Below, one piece after another: positions 12,858-25,992 of a stretch of DNA of 64,000 nucleotides. The DNA lies in NCBI GenBank assembly GCA_030390025.1, contig CM059431.1, positions 107,944,001 through 108,008,000 on the forward strand, written 5' to 3'. Both the position numbers and the translations under genes were made by a program. The notes under the pieces are model-generated. The model was not told the origin of the DNA and did not search any database. It worked only from the letters and a program-made list of their open reading frames with translations. How positions within the stretch are numbered: position 1 is the stretch's first letter; each line of letters begins with the position of its first letter. The stretch is from Squalus acanthias (taxonomy: Eukaryota).

Positions 12858-13255
12858 TACAACAACTTGTATTTATATAATGCCTTTCACATAGTAAAAC
12901 ATCTCAAGGCACTTCACAGAAGTGTTATCAAACAAAAATTTAACATCAAGCTACATAAGGCGATATTAGGACAGGTTGGTCAAAGAGGTAGGTTTTAAGG
13001 AGCATCTTAAAGGAGAGAGAGGTGGAGAGGCGGAGAGGTTTAGGGAGGGAATTCCAGAGCTTAGGGCCCAGGCAACAGAAGGGACGGCCGCCAGTGGTGG
13101 AGTGAAGGAAATCAGGGATACACCAGAGGCCAGAATTGGTGGAACGCAGAGATCTTGGAGGGTTGTAGAGCTGGAGGAGATTACAGAGATAGGGAGGGGG
13201 CGAGGCCATGGAGAGATTTGAAAACAAGGATGAGAATTTATAAATTGAGGCATTG
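12858..13255 (-). mobile_element. L2-clade LINE 3' fragment
   Basis: PPYLCNLLQ...RSLRS...GGRPFCCLGPKLWNSLP...FKMLLKTYLF, with tail ATATAAATACAAGTTGTTGT. Confidence 0.85.
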
Positions 13256-14489
13256 CATATCACTGAATATCATCAGTAAATCCAGAAATGATCACTTGAG
13301 GCATAGCAATCCTCAATTATATAAATATGGCCTGCAATAAAGAGCCAGCATTAGACATACTGGCAAGTCATAACTACATAGTTAGTCTTAAGGGTATTCA
13401 ATAATGAATATTGTTAATTTAATGGCATCTGTTTGTTCAAACTCCCATCCTGCTTTGGAGCAAAGATAACATTTGTGACCTAAGTTGAAGGTAATGTGAC
13501 ACATTGATCTACTTTGTATATTAATGAGCATTTCAAAAGCCCCTCCCAAAATTAATAATTGTACAGACCAATCAGATATCTATTGAAGATGAATAGAACT
13601 GGGGATGACTGAAAATGAAAGCATATTTCATGTGATTAATCATCAGTTTCCTATTAGCCTCTTTACTTATGATGCCTCATTTCCCATTGGTTTATGAATG
13701 TGGTACACTTAGAAACCATTTCAAAGTGATTGTTGTATCTCTCAAAACCTGTTTTTTAATTAATAATCATCTTCAGTGGTTTGAGAGCAATTCATTGTTT
13801 TATCATTTGCCTGTTGTGCTAACCAGTCCTCACTTTCAGCTACAAACAGGATATTAGATTCACATTGCTTTTCTTGTAAAAGTTTATCAAATGGCAACAA
13901 AAGCATCAATACCAACAACCAAATGATTTTTTTTAGTCAGTTTATCTGTGATAGTCGGTACACAGATATTTACTGAACCATTCTATTGCACAACTCCACA
14001 GCCTTGTAATCACCAGTTAGGCTTCCACTACCCTGATTCACAGTCAATTCCTGCAAGATCCAGAACTCATTGTTCAAATACACAAGCGTTTCCCAAACCA
14101 ATGACTCCGCTGAGAGACTAAAAAAAAATTCCAGATTCTTTTATTGTACATCCCAAGAAATAACACTTCAGTACAACTGCACATTTATCTTTGCTTGTCT
14201 CTATACTATCACCCCATCTGAACATTCTTCTGCGTATGTTGTGCCAGATTTTATGTTAAAAAATAGAACAATTAGCCCAATATGCTTCCCTATGGCTCTC
14301 TTGTCCTGCTTCCACTTAATCTGCCTTTCTTCTACATTTCTCTCATAAAATTTGCCACTTCTCCCTCTCCTGCCCAATTTGTCTCCCTCTAGACCTATTT
14401 ATTTTCTCTCCCTACTGTTCCTCTCTCACCCAATCTAACTCTTCAAAATTCTGTTTACTCCTGCACTTGCAGGAATGTAACTGGGAGGC

Positions 14490-14890
14490 AACAACAATGA
14501 CAACAACTTGCATTTATACAGCGCCTTTAACATAGTAAAACATCCCAAGGTGCTTCACAGGAGTGTTATCAGACAAAATTTGACACCGAGTCAGTGAGGA
14601 GTTATTAGGACAGGTGGTCACAGAGATAGGTTTTAAGAAGTGTCTTCAAGGAGAGGTAGAGAGACGGAGAGGTTTAGGGAGGGAATTCCAGAGCTTAGGG
14701 CCTAGGCAGCTGAAGGCACGGCCACCAATGGTGGGGTGAAGGAAACCGGGGATGCTCAAGGAGTCAGAATCAGAGGAGCGCAGAGTTCTCGGAGGGTTGT
14801 AGGGGTGGAGGAGGATACAGAGACGGAGGGGCGAGGCCATGGAAGGATTTGAAAACAAGGATGAGAATTTTTAAGTAGAGGCGTTGCCAG
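14490..14890 (-). mobile_element. L2-clade LINE 3' fragment
   Basis: GGRAFSCLGPKLWNSLP motif and a (TTG)n-like tail. Homologous to 12858-13255. Confidence 0.85.
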
Positions 14891-15002
14891 ACCAGTATAT
14901 TGGTCAAACCCAGGAGAAACAGGTGTCAAAGGAATTTGAGCAGAAGCGCATTCTTAGGGATAAATATTATGATCTAGCACACCTGACGTAGAGTTTCACA
15001 CA

Positions 15003-16452
15003 ATGAGGACTGGAGAGTGGCGAATGTTGTTCCTCTCTTCAAGAAAGGAAATAGGAATGACCCTGGTAATTATAGGCCGGTTAGTCTTACTTCGGTGGTT
15101 GGTAAGATAATGGAAAAGGTCCTGAGGGATAGGATTTATGACCATTTGGAAAGGGGCAACTTAATCAGGGAAAGTCAACACGGATTCGTGAAGGGTAAGT
15201 CTTGCCTAACAAATTTGATTGAATTCTTTGAGGAGGTAACTAAGTATGTAGATGAAGGTAGAGCAGTTGATGTCGTATACATGGATTTTAGTAAGGCGTT
15301 TGATAAGGTTCCCCATGGTCGGCTCATGAAGAAAGTAAGGAGTTGTGGGATAGAGGGAAATTTGGCCGATTGGATAAGTAACTGGCTATCTCATAGAAGG
15401 CAGAGGGTGGTGGTGGATGGAACATTTTCGGACTGGAGACCAGTTACCAGCGGTGTGCCACAGGGGTCGGTGCTGGGTCCTCTGCTGTTTGTGATTTTTA
15501 TCAATGACTTGGAGGAGGGGACTGAAGGGTGGATCAGTAAATTTGCTGATGACACCAAGATTGGTGGAGCAGTGGATGAGGTGGAGGGCTGTTGTAGGCT
15601 GCAAAGAGACATTGATAGGATGCAGAGCTGGGCCGAAAAATGGCAGATGGAATTTAACCCTGATAAGTGCGAGGTGATTCATTTTGGTAGGGCAAATTTG
15701 AATAAGGATTACAGGGTCAACGGCAGGGTTCTGAGGAACGTGGAGGAGCAGAGGGATCTGGGGGTTCATATCCACAGATCTCTGAAGGTTGCCACTCAAG
15801 TGGATAGAGCAGTAAAGAAGGCCTATGGTGTGTTGGCGTTTATTAACAGAGGGTTTGAGTTTAAGAACCGTGAGGATATGCTGCAACTGTACAGGACCTT
15901 GGTGAGACCACATTTGGAATAGTGTGTGCAGTTCTGGTCACCTCACTATAGGAAGGACGTGGAAGCATTGGAAAGAGTGCAAAGGAGATTTACCAGGATG
16001 CTGCCTGGTTTGGGGGGGGAGGTCTTATGAGGAAAGATTGAGGGAGTTGGGGCTTTTCTCTTTAGAGCGGAGGAGGATGAGAGGCGACTTAATAGAGGTT
16101 TATAAGATGATGAGGGGGATAGATAGAGTGGATGTTCAGAGACTATTTCCTCGGGTAGAGGCAGCTGTTACAAGGGGGCATAACTATAAGGTGCATGGGG
16201 GGAGATATAGAAGGGATGTCCGAGGTAGATTCTTTACTCAGAGAGTGGTTGGGGTGTGGAATGGACTGCCTGCTGTGATAGTGGAGTCGGACACTTTAGG
16301 AACTTTCAAGCGGTTATTGGATAAGCACATGGAGCACACCAGAGTGTTAGGGAGTGTGATAGCTTGATCTTGGTCTCGGACAATGCTCGGCACAACATCG
16401 AGGGCCAAAGGGCCTGTACTGTGCTGTACTGTTCTTGTTCTATGTTTCTATG
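15003..16452 (+). mobile_element. CR1 LINE, 5'-truncated, relatively young, RT domain largely intact
   Basis: ORF 15017-15922 contains NYRPVSLTS, QHGF, DFSKAFDKVPH, GVPQGSVLGP and FADD. Nonsense codon at 15920, G-run frameshift near 16012, and TTCTATG tail repeats. Confidence 0.95.
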
Positions 16453-16574
16453 TATATCGGAAATTTGGGCATGGAGGTTAGCGTGCCTGATTCCCCCCAC
16501 CTTGGACTTGAGCATAGAATCCAGGCTGACACTCCAGTGCAGTACTAAAGGAGCACTGCACAGTGGGAGATGCT

Positions 16575-17612
16575 AGAGGTTATTTTCGTGAAAGGGTGAA
16601 AACAGGCGCCAAGTTGGTGCTATGCTAATAAGACACACCTGTTTGAAAGTCTGGTTTTAGCCTGCAATTTTGTGGCTAACTGATGATTACCATGATTTAA
16701 ACATGCCTGGAGGCGCTAAAACAGAGACCTGTAGGTTTAGCACTCAAGCGCTGATAAGAAGCAATTTTCGTGGAGCGGTATATGTAGACCCCACGCATCC
16801 GCATCCACTTCCACTGAAGGTGTGGAGCGCGCTGGTGGACACACAGCAGAATGTTTCGGGAGGGAGAGGGCGCACAGGTTCTCGGACGCGGCACTTGAGG
16901 TCCTGGTGGAGGAGGTCCAGAGCAGGAAAGATAGCCTGTACTCGCGGGGGGGACGGCACCACCTCACCCTCCTGTTCCTCCTGTTCCTCTCTCCTGCAGC
17001 AGATGGTTCTGCTCTGCCTTGGCCTCATGACCTCCTCTCATTCCTCCTCCAAACCAAGGGGGACCCCTAGCAAGATGCCGGTGACCAAGCACTCCCTTTC
17101 TCCTGGCGACTCCTATAAGGTGTCCAATAAGGTAGAGCAGCACGGCACTCACTCTTTTTAGGTGAAGTCCTCAGAGAATTTCCAGAATAAATGTTGGTGA
17201 AGTCTTGACAAGTGTCCCGAAAAAGTCTCCCGATGTGTCTCAAAAGTCCTCTTCAAACCTCCAGCAGCAAGTGAGCAGTAAAAGCTGAGCATGGCTTTAA
17301 GTAGCGCTCAAAATCCTCAGCAATGATTTGTTTACTCCTGTTCAGCTGGTCGCTGTTAGGAAGAGGTTGTTCATTGAAGCGCTAGCCACTAAAATGGTGC
17401 GCAGCCTCTTTAATGCGCACTAGCAGGCAATATAATTGTCAATCAGAGGCTTAATGATCCTCGGGGTGGCCGTTCCTAGCGTGAGCTTCAACTCCTTTAC
17501 CAAGATGGAGTCTTGCGCTAAATGTGGGCTAAACCGGCGTTGCAGCTGAAGACCCCAGCTTGGCCACCTCAAAGGCTCTTTAGTGATTTTCCTTCCAGGG
17601 AAAATCGATCCC
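16575..17612. mobile_element. Internally deleted Harbinger element inserted in a Deu-domain SINE
   Basis: Myb/SANT N-terminus RERAHRFSDAALEVLVEEV on + (~16860-16945) and imperfect TIRs. The flanks 16500-16574 and 17613-17646 join into the SINE seen intact at 19935-20388. Confidence 0.7.
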
Positions 17613-18489
17613 GTCGGCTTTCGGATGAGACCATAAACCGAGGCCTAACTGTTACAAGACTCTTTTTGTGCGTCTTCATTTGTTGGAAATACACGCAGAA
17701 ACTGGTACCAAAATACAGAAAAGCTCAAGCATCTGTAGTCAAAAAGTAAAGTCAAATCATGATCTGGGAACACTGGCTCCCATGTTTGTTACAGTAATTC
17801 CAGAAAGACTAATTATTCTAGATAGTGCCTTGTTTGACATTGATTACATCTTGCTATTGGAAATTCAAATTACACCATGAGAGCTGACGAATGCTACAAA
17901 TATGAATTCAAGATCACAGCCCAGTTTTACATAAATAATACAACAGCTGTATCTCTTGATCACGTCATTGTAGGTCATGCATCCAACTTGTCTTTAATAC
18001 CTTTCCAAAGGATCGCTGCTTATTCATTGAAGTGATTATTTAGTTAACCTTCTTCAAGCTACTTGTGAAAATGAACATTATCTATTGCTCTCCAGAATGT
18101 ATTAACATTCTAAGCTATACTAATGAAAGCTGCTAAACTTTCACGTTCCATTCATTCTCAAAATGTTCAACCTGAAGATGAATTTGACTTGTTACCAGAA
18201 TTGTAGAATCCCAACAAATTATAGTGATCGAGAAGTTTTTTCTTCTTTTTATTAGCTACACTCTGTAATTTCTGTGATTCTTGTATGATTCTTTGATTCC
18301 TGTTCGTTTTGTCTGTCCTACATTCTTAACATTGTTTGGCCAATTATGCCCCCATAGATGTCTGTTTGAACCTGGTCTAACACAGTCAGAGAATACTGCT
18401 AGATTTTGGTACCATTCCCTCCTACTCACATTTTTAAATTGCTCTATTGTCACTATGGAACAGAGACTGGTTTTCACATCACAGGGGAA

Positions 18490-18660
18490 TCTGGGAAAGT
18501 TCCGGGATTGGCTTCTGGTCCGGCGACGCCTCTATTTTAAAATGTTCATCCTTGTTTTCAAATCCCTCTGTGGCCTCACCTCTCCCTATCTCTGTAACCT
18601 CCTCCAGCCTTACAACCCTCCGAGATCTCTGCCCTCCTCCAAGTCTGGCCTCTTGCGCAA
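18490..18660 (+). mobile_element. L2-clade LINE fragment
   Basis: FKMFILVFKSLCGLTSPYLCNLLQPYNPPRSL. Confidence 0.8.
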
Positions 18661-18809
18661 ACCCGATTAAACCATACGAGGCTGAACAGGAAGAATACTT
18701 CACTTGGGTAAGAGAGCAGAGACCGTCAGGGCCTGCCATAATGTACGAATGCATTAAAGATTGTGCAAACGCCCACATTTTCTATGTAAACCCATTCTGT
18801 TAACTACAT

Positions 18810-19370
18810 AAAATTACACAGAATTTACAGCACAGATACAGGCCACCCGACCCAACTGGTCTATGCCAGTGTTTATGCTCCACACAAATCTCCTCTCACT
18901 CAATTTCATCTAACTCAATCACATACCCTTCTACTCCTTTCTCCCTCGTGTGCTTATCTAGCTTTCCCTTAAATGCATCAATGCTATTCGCCTCAACTAC
19001 TTCCTGTAGTATTGAGTTCCACATCCTCACCATTCTCTGGGTAAAGATGTTTCTCCTGAATTCCTCATTGGATTTATTAGTGACTATCCTATAGTTATGA
19101 TCCCTAGTTTTTGAACTCCCACACAAGTGGAAACATCTCTACACCTATCCTAGCAAACCCCTTCATAATTTTAAAGTCCTTCATTAGGTCATCCCTCAGC
19201 CTTCTCTTTTCTAGAGAAAAGAGCCCCAGACTGTTCAGTCATTCCTGATAGGTATAACCTTATAGATCAGGTATCATTCCTGTAAATCTTTTTTTGCACC
19301 TTCACCAGTGCCTCTATGTTCATTTTGTAATATGGAGACCAGAACTGTGCACAGTACTCTAAGTGTGATA
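18810..19370 (-). mobile_element. CR1 LINE 3' fragment
   Basis: RRNIFTQRMVRMWNS...FKGKLDKH. Confidence 0.82.
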
Positions 19371-19436
19371 CCACGGATCAGTTTGTATTATGTGTGTTGT
19401 TTTAGGTCAAACCTTTCCCCACTATAAGTGATCATA

Positions 19437-19660
19437 ACGGAATTCCAGAGCTTAGGGCCTAGACAGCTGAAGGCACGGCCGCCAATGGTGGAGCGATGAA
19501 AATCGGGGATGCACAAGAGGCCAGAATTGAAGGAGCGCAGAGATCTCGGAGGCTTGTAAGGCTGGGGGTGGTTACAGAGATAGGGAGGACGAGGCTATGG
19601 AAGGATTTGAAAACAAGGTTGAGAATTTTAAAATCGAGGCGCTGCCAGATCGGGAGCCGA
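19437..19660 (-). mobile_element. L2-clade LINE fragment
   Basis: LPIWQRLDFKILNLVFKS. Homologous to the other L2 copies. Confidence 0.8.
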
Positions 19661-19934
19661 TTGCAGTCTTCCCTGGAGCATGTGTCAGCCCTGCGCACAT
19701 CTGCAGTGGAAATCTACACGACAGAAGCCCTAAGAGCATTCTGTGTTTCTTCCATGAATGGTCAGACTTTTTCGTGAGGTTTGGGTACCTGATTGAAGAA
19801 GGCTGCCTCTTCCAATTTCAGAAGACTTGTTAAGCAGTCTGAGTACATCCTTATGGCCAATTAAAATCGCTTCAGGGCTTGAATTATCCCACTGGTGCCA
19901 TTAAGTCTGCTTTCCTGAACTATAGGAAGCAAGT

Positions 19935-20388
19935 GTCAGCTGTGGCTCAGTGGGTAGCACTCTCGCCTATGTATTTGTAAGGTTGTGGGTTCAAGCCCCA
20001 CTCCAGAGACTTGAGCACATAAGCCAGGTTAACACTTCAGTGCAGTACTGAGAGAGTGCTGCACTGTCAGAGGTGCCATTATTCAGATGAGATATTAGAC
20101 CAAGGCCCTGTTTGCCCTCCCAGGTGGCAGTAGAATATCCCAAGGCACTTTTCAAAGAAGAGCAGGGGAGTTCTCCCAGTGTCCTGACCAGCCTTTGTCC
20201 CGCAACCAACATCACATAAACAGATTATCTGGTCGTTACCACATTGCTGTTTGTGGGAGCTTGCTGTGTGCCAATTGGCTGCCGTGTTTCCCGACATGAC
20301 AACAGTGACTCCACTGCAAAAAGTTCTTCATTGGTCGGGAAGCACCTTGGGACATCCTGAGATTGTGAAAAACACTGCATAAATGCAA
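19935..20388 (+). mobile_element. tRNA-derived Deu-domain SINE (SacSINE1/DeuSINE-like), near full length
   Basis: A box TGGCTCAGTGG, B box GGTTCAAGCCC, Deu-like core (CAGATGAGATATTAGACCAAGGCCC...GAAGAGCAGGGGAGTTCTCCC) and an L2-like tail ending ATAAATGCAA. Confidence 0.82.
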
Positions 20389-20389
20389 T

Positions 20390-20910
20390 TCTGTCATGCA
20401 CTATATTGCAGACCAATGCAGGCACCCGAAGTGCACCTACAATATAACGTCGCTATGCCCTACCATGGCTGCATTGACATCAGTTTACTGATGCGTAGCT
20501 CGTATCCTAGGAAACTGCCATCACCAGGCATGGCTGGAGAGGATAGCCCTGATCTTCCAGAAGACACAGAAACTTCCCTTCCAGCATAGTCAAGTGCTGT
20601 CACACTGGATTGCCTTAAAATTAACAAATCACGGCAGCTGCCAGAGAAATGCTAGTTGCAAACAAGCTGGACATTTTCGGGAGTGCAATTCTTGCCTGTC
20701 GACCTAAGAGGTTGCACAGATCAAGGGAGCACATTTAGCCTCATGGGTGCACTCTTGGCAATCCTGTCATTCTGCTCTGTCAGACCGGTACCAGTTGTCC
20801 ACGGGGAAGGCAGGTCTATGCTTATGGTAGAGATGAGCTTTCGCTCAGTTTGCAGCATGTAGCACAATTCACTGACGGCTTCCTTTGTAAAGTACTCCGC
20901 ACACAAGCCT
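20390..20910 (-). pseudogene. Highly degenerate Harbinger transposase remnant
   Basis: Minus-strand FTKEAVSELCYMLQ (compare FSKAVVTELCHLLQ in ORF 54795-55217) and LLEDQGYPLQPCLV (compare the transposase motif LLGDQGYPL). Confidence 0.6.
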
Positions 20911-22554
20911 CATTTCTGGGACAACTGGAGGCAGGAGTACCTAGCCCTGTATTTTCTGATTTGGGGGTACCAAAGAATGGGCGCTGTGCAGTTAGTGGAA
21001 TGTGAGTAACCCTACAACAAAAGGCATAAAGCTGGGGGGGGGGGCAAAGCGCTTGTCGATAGGAAGAAAAAAAACAAGGAAAGAATCCCCTTAGCAAGAA
21101 GCTTTCTGCGAATCATTACAAAATACACACCTATCTCTTTTGAAGGGAGTGTCTAGTGACACCACTATGTCAGCCAATGAGTTTGAGGCGGGAATTATGG
21201 CAGGAGTTACTGCAAACTGTCTATTTTATAGCAAATAAGTTTATTTGCTCAGAAAATAGCAAAGCAAACAATGTCTATTTACAGAGTCTATTTAATTAGA
21301 GTCTCTCTGAACTACAGGAAACAGAAATCATGACCAAAACTACAGCAACGTCTCCCGATTAAAGCAGGGTGATTTCTTCGGCAAAATGCAGTGAGTGGAG
21401 GATAGTTACAGAATACAAATTATGCGCGTAAAATCAATCCCAGTCAGTCACTTACAGCAGTGCGGTCTCCAGGCGTGATTGACGGGGGAATTACCCGATC
21501 ATCTCCATTCTGGCCGGGAGTAGTGGCATCACTTTATGCAGCCCTCTTTGAATGCTCTGCCACCTTTCCTGCAGCACCGAGAAATCCTGGATGCATGCTT
21601 TGTATGGGCAAGTACATAACTGGGCATAGTAGAGGCATTAGTCACCTCTTTCGGGTACAGGGCTTCTGCCGCGTAGGAGAAATGACAGCAGAAAGTGGAA
21701 TGGCTGCAAAGGTGGATCGGAATCCTGTCCTTTCCCACTCAAGCACCAGCTGAAAATCAGATGGTGTATTGCGAAAGATCCAGGCTTCTTTTGACTATCC
21801 TATTTGAGGTCACAAAGTGCCATATTGTGCGGCAGAAGAAGCATTCAGATTTTCCAACATTTTTTCTCGTCATCGGCTGGGAATTTCACAAGGAGTAAGG
21901 AAGCAAATGGCCCCACCTTATGAAGCACATGAAAGGCCCAATTCCTTTCCGTAAGTAAAGAACTCTGTGGGGCTGCAAACCCGGCGGTTTCAGCTAGGAT
22001 CCCCTACCCAAGAAAGGAAAAGACAAAGTGCCCCTTTGTAAAGGGGGCTGAAAAATTCACAAAACAGACCCCAGGAGGGCCCCCACTTCTGCCACCAAAG
22101 CAGCTGCTGCCCCCTGGCCCCATCTGGCAAAATGGCCACCAGTGTTGTTTCCTCCCAAGCTCTCAGCTTGTGGCCCCAGCCTCTGGCCTTGTCCCCTAGC
22201 CTTATTTGGGCTGGGAAGAGGCTCTATACTCTCCACAAGGCCCTTGCGGAAACTCCAAGGCAAGTCAGGGACCCAGGGCATCCATAGGAGATACATACCT
22301 GACTGCTTTAATTATACATATGGTGCGTACCAAAACTATTCATCTGAGGTTTTTCTTCTTCCCCCTTTGATTTCATTCTGGATCATCATGTACCACCATC
22401 ATCCAATAAGCTTTATTACACCTCAATCAATTTTTCATTTTCGCAAGTGTAGCATTGATCCAATACACAGTACAAATATCAGTCCGAGAGTTAGTGTGAC
22501 TGAGACAACGTGTTCAGATTGGAATATACTCTTAAAAGCGTATGCCCTACTCAC

Positions 22555-22717
22555 TTGCCATTTAATGCTGCCACTCCCACTGTGCTTCTAGCAATGGACA
22601 TACTGGCCACGTAGGTCCACTGGCGTGCTTGTGGATCCCATCTTTCTACCGTGTTGAGGTAACTCCAACCATCGTGGCCACCTACTGCATACATTGGTCC
22701 TTCTAGCACTGCAACAC
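22555..22717 (-). CDS. KLHL1: Kelch-like protein 1, internal coding exon (163 bp)
   Basis: Acceptor TTTTTTCAG|GTGTT and donor GGCAA|GTGAGT. Translates (G)[53 protein letters not shown](K), in phase with both flanking exons. Confidence 0.93.
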
Positions 22718-25714
22718 CTGAAAAAACACGGAAATCTGTTGATGGAGTGGACAGGAACGAGGAAGCATGATACACAAGATATCGAGGAACTATGATACAC
22801 AAGGTATCACAATTGTGTGGGACAGGCTGGAGGAACCAGAGGGCCATTTCCTGTCCATCATTTTCCATGTGTGAGAAGGAATGTTGTATAGAATTTTTGC
22901 ATCAACTTGCTTTCCTGTTCCAATTTAAAACAAAGCTGTTTCTTACAGTGTACGTGCTCCAATCCTGACTCGTGTTACACCAATAATAGTGATGCATATT
23001 ATCATTTATCAAGTAGAATTTTTATACTAATCATTTTTTTTAAAAACAATCCATCTTTTTATACTTTAATTTACCACATGGATTACTGGAGACAAATGTA
23101 ACAGTAAGCCATTGTATCTGAAGTTTGCCGCACACTAGGGGGAACTCTAAATAATTACAGAGCAGGGGGCATTCCACAGGTAAGACATAGCACATGATTT
23201 TAGAATAAATCTGTTTTTATGGTTTTAATTTGATTGCAATCAGGACTATATTGACCAGAAAACTTTTCAGTGTTCCTACTTTACATCCATTTTGTTTATA
23301 GTTCACTTTTGTTTTGACCTCAAGCTGTTTTCTATTTTCTCCTCTACCCTTCTTTCAAGTCAGGAAGACGTTGATTGTGGTTTTTTATTTTCCTCTCCCA
23401 AATAATGTCTTTCCTCTTCTCCTCCAGGCATTGACTTCCTCGCTGAGGTCCAGTTCCATGGCTGCTGACTGAATCTCCAGCACCTCACTCACGTGAACCT
23501 TTTCAGTGAGTGTCGGAGCACGTTCTGCGAGCGTCGGTCGGCTATTCAGTTCGTGCCTGGTCCTATCCTCATCAGTGTCCACACAAACACGCCCCAGTTC
23601 CAGTACTGGTAATTGTGGAGCAAGAAGCCTGGATGATTTCCCCTCCCGGAGTACTGTGGATAACTGTAGCATGGTGGCTGACATCAACCAACTTGGTACG
23701 AAGCCAACATCAATCTTAATCAAGCTACAAGGAGATGTCGCCTAATGGCAGCATTGAGACTAGAAATTCATATGAGAGAAAATCACTATGTACGAGAGGC
23801 CATTAATAGTGTACACTGTAACTATGTAACAAAACTACTCAGATCAACCTTAGATAATATTACTCGGGTTAAAACAAAGTTGATCCAGATGAAAGTGGTC
23901 CTTTTTTCCAAATGCAAACACTAAAAAAATGCATATCGGCAATGACCTTCGGAGGATAGTGATCTCACTGGTGATATTAAGGGTCCACTCTAGCGTTGAT
24001 GCTGTAGCGTTGATGCAAAGCAGTTTCACAACAACTTACATTTATATAGCTCGTTTAACATAAGAAAATGTCCCAAAGTGCTTCACAACTAGCTTCAAGG
24101 AAAATGGAATAGCTCCAAGGTGGAAAGGGGGCTGATTAGGAAGAGTGATTGAAAGCTTGGTCAAAAGGCTTCGCATCAATGCTAACCATTGTGTGAATGC
24201 ACGTAAAACATCTTTACCCTGTAAAGCATTGCAATATTAGCCAACTAGTTTTGCCCAAATGTCAAACTTTGAATATATTCAGTGATCTGAAAGCTTCATT
24301 ACTGTAAGTACTTACCTAGTGTCACAGTGAAATATTACTCTGCAGCTCATTTCAAGTTTCCATTGCATCTTTATTAATAAGATGTAATTCATACATATTT
24401 ATTGGTTCTTAACAAAACACTGTTTTAAAGTCTTAGAATGACCGTCGCACATGGTGCACGCTGCGTTAGGTAGGAGGTGGGGAGATAACCTCTTTGAGTT
24501 AAAAAGTGCACAGTCCTGTAATATGCAGTAAAGTATAAAGGACAAATGAGACAGGGTTGTATCAGTTAGTCCTGTGACAGTATGTTCCAACTTTAATAAG
24601 AAAAATGTCAAAATGAATGCCCTCAATATGGGCTTCAATCAAGGCATTACAAAGATGATAAATGATGCTATTTCCAAAACAAAGGCCTGCAAGGAAAGAC
24701 TGTCCCATCTAAGGTCAGCCTTACTTTCCCTGTAATTACCAGGCTTGCCTTCAGGGAACCATTCTTACAAAGTGAGCAGGAAAATTCTATTACATTTAAT
24801 TGGTTTCCAAAGTCTCTGCTTGTTGAATTATTTATGCTAGGATATTGGAATAGGATTTTTTTTCCCCCCGACTCCTGTTTGAAGGTGTCGGCGAAATGTC
24901 GAGGATCAATGCAGTTCATTTCACTCATCTCTGTCACATAATTTTATATCTCTGTATCAGTTGCAGATTGAAATTCCTCACACCAGTTCAGGTAAGAGTG
25001 CACACAGTCAAATGTATCTTTATTAGGGATTCATGGCAGCAACTGCAATTCTACAAGCAGTGTTGAGCGCCTGGTATATCCATGTTCAATAACTAATCAC
25101 TCCTATTGACATATATACCCTTTTGAACTTGGTGAAAAAAATACAAAAAATGATGGGTACAAGTTGCCAAGAGATGTAGATTCAGTTGGATAAAATTCAG
25201 TTACTAATTTTATTTAAAAAACAAGGGCCCGGTAGCACAGGGGTATAATCTGTACTTTTTGTTTTGTGATTCTGTACAGGGAGATTGAAGCACCTTTATT
25301 AATCGTATATTAAATGATAACAAACAGGCCAGACTTCAGAGGAATTCTCTTCTGCTGTTCAAGTGGTTACTAACCACCACTAACTTCTGTTCAAGTGGTT
25401 ACTAACCACCACTAAATTATCACACGGTTATCAATTTAGTAAGGCAATTGCTTAACAGCTACTTCATCGCCAAAACAAATGTCCGCTGAGATGTTTGACA
25501 GCCACACACCCAGTCAATAATGGCTCATAACATCCGTCATTTTTTTCTCTCGCTAGCTGTGAATTGCCAGGTCCAGGTTTGAAGCAGTGACAAGTTTACA
25601 TTTTTAACAGTCATCCAAAACATTCGCTCGATTACCCTGTCACAGTTACAGGCTCTCCAACTACAGCCCATTTTGGTTACACACAGACCGAGCAATAAGC
25701 TATCAAACCACTAC

Positions 25715-25992
25715 GTCTTTCGGATGAGACGTTAAACCGAGGCCTGGCCTGCCCTCGCAGGTGGACGGAAAAGATCCCATGGCACTATTTTGAAGAAGAG
25801 CAAGGGGCGTTCTCCCTGGTGTCCTGGCCAATATTTATCCCTCAATCAACATCACTGAAACAGATTATCTGGTCACTATCACATTGCTGTTTGCGGGAGC
25901 TTGCTGTGCGCCAATTGGCTGCCGTGTTTCCTACATGGCAACAGTGACTACACTTCAAAAGTACTTCATTGGCTGTAAAGTGCTTTGGGACT
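25715..25992 (+). mobile_element. Deu-domain SINE, 5'-truncated
   Basis: Homologous to 20080-20350 (TTTCGGATGAGACGTTAAACCGAGG...GTAAAGTGCTTTGGGAC). Confidence 0.85.

Noticed and set aside
25355..25415. CRISPR-like direct repeats
   Set aside because: Only two units with a 3-nt spacer, in a eukaryotic context with no cas genes.
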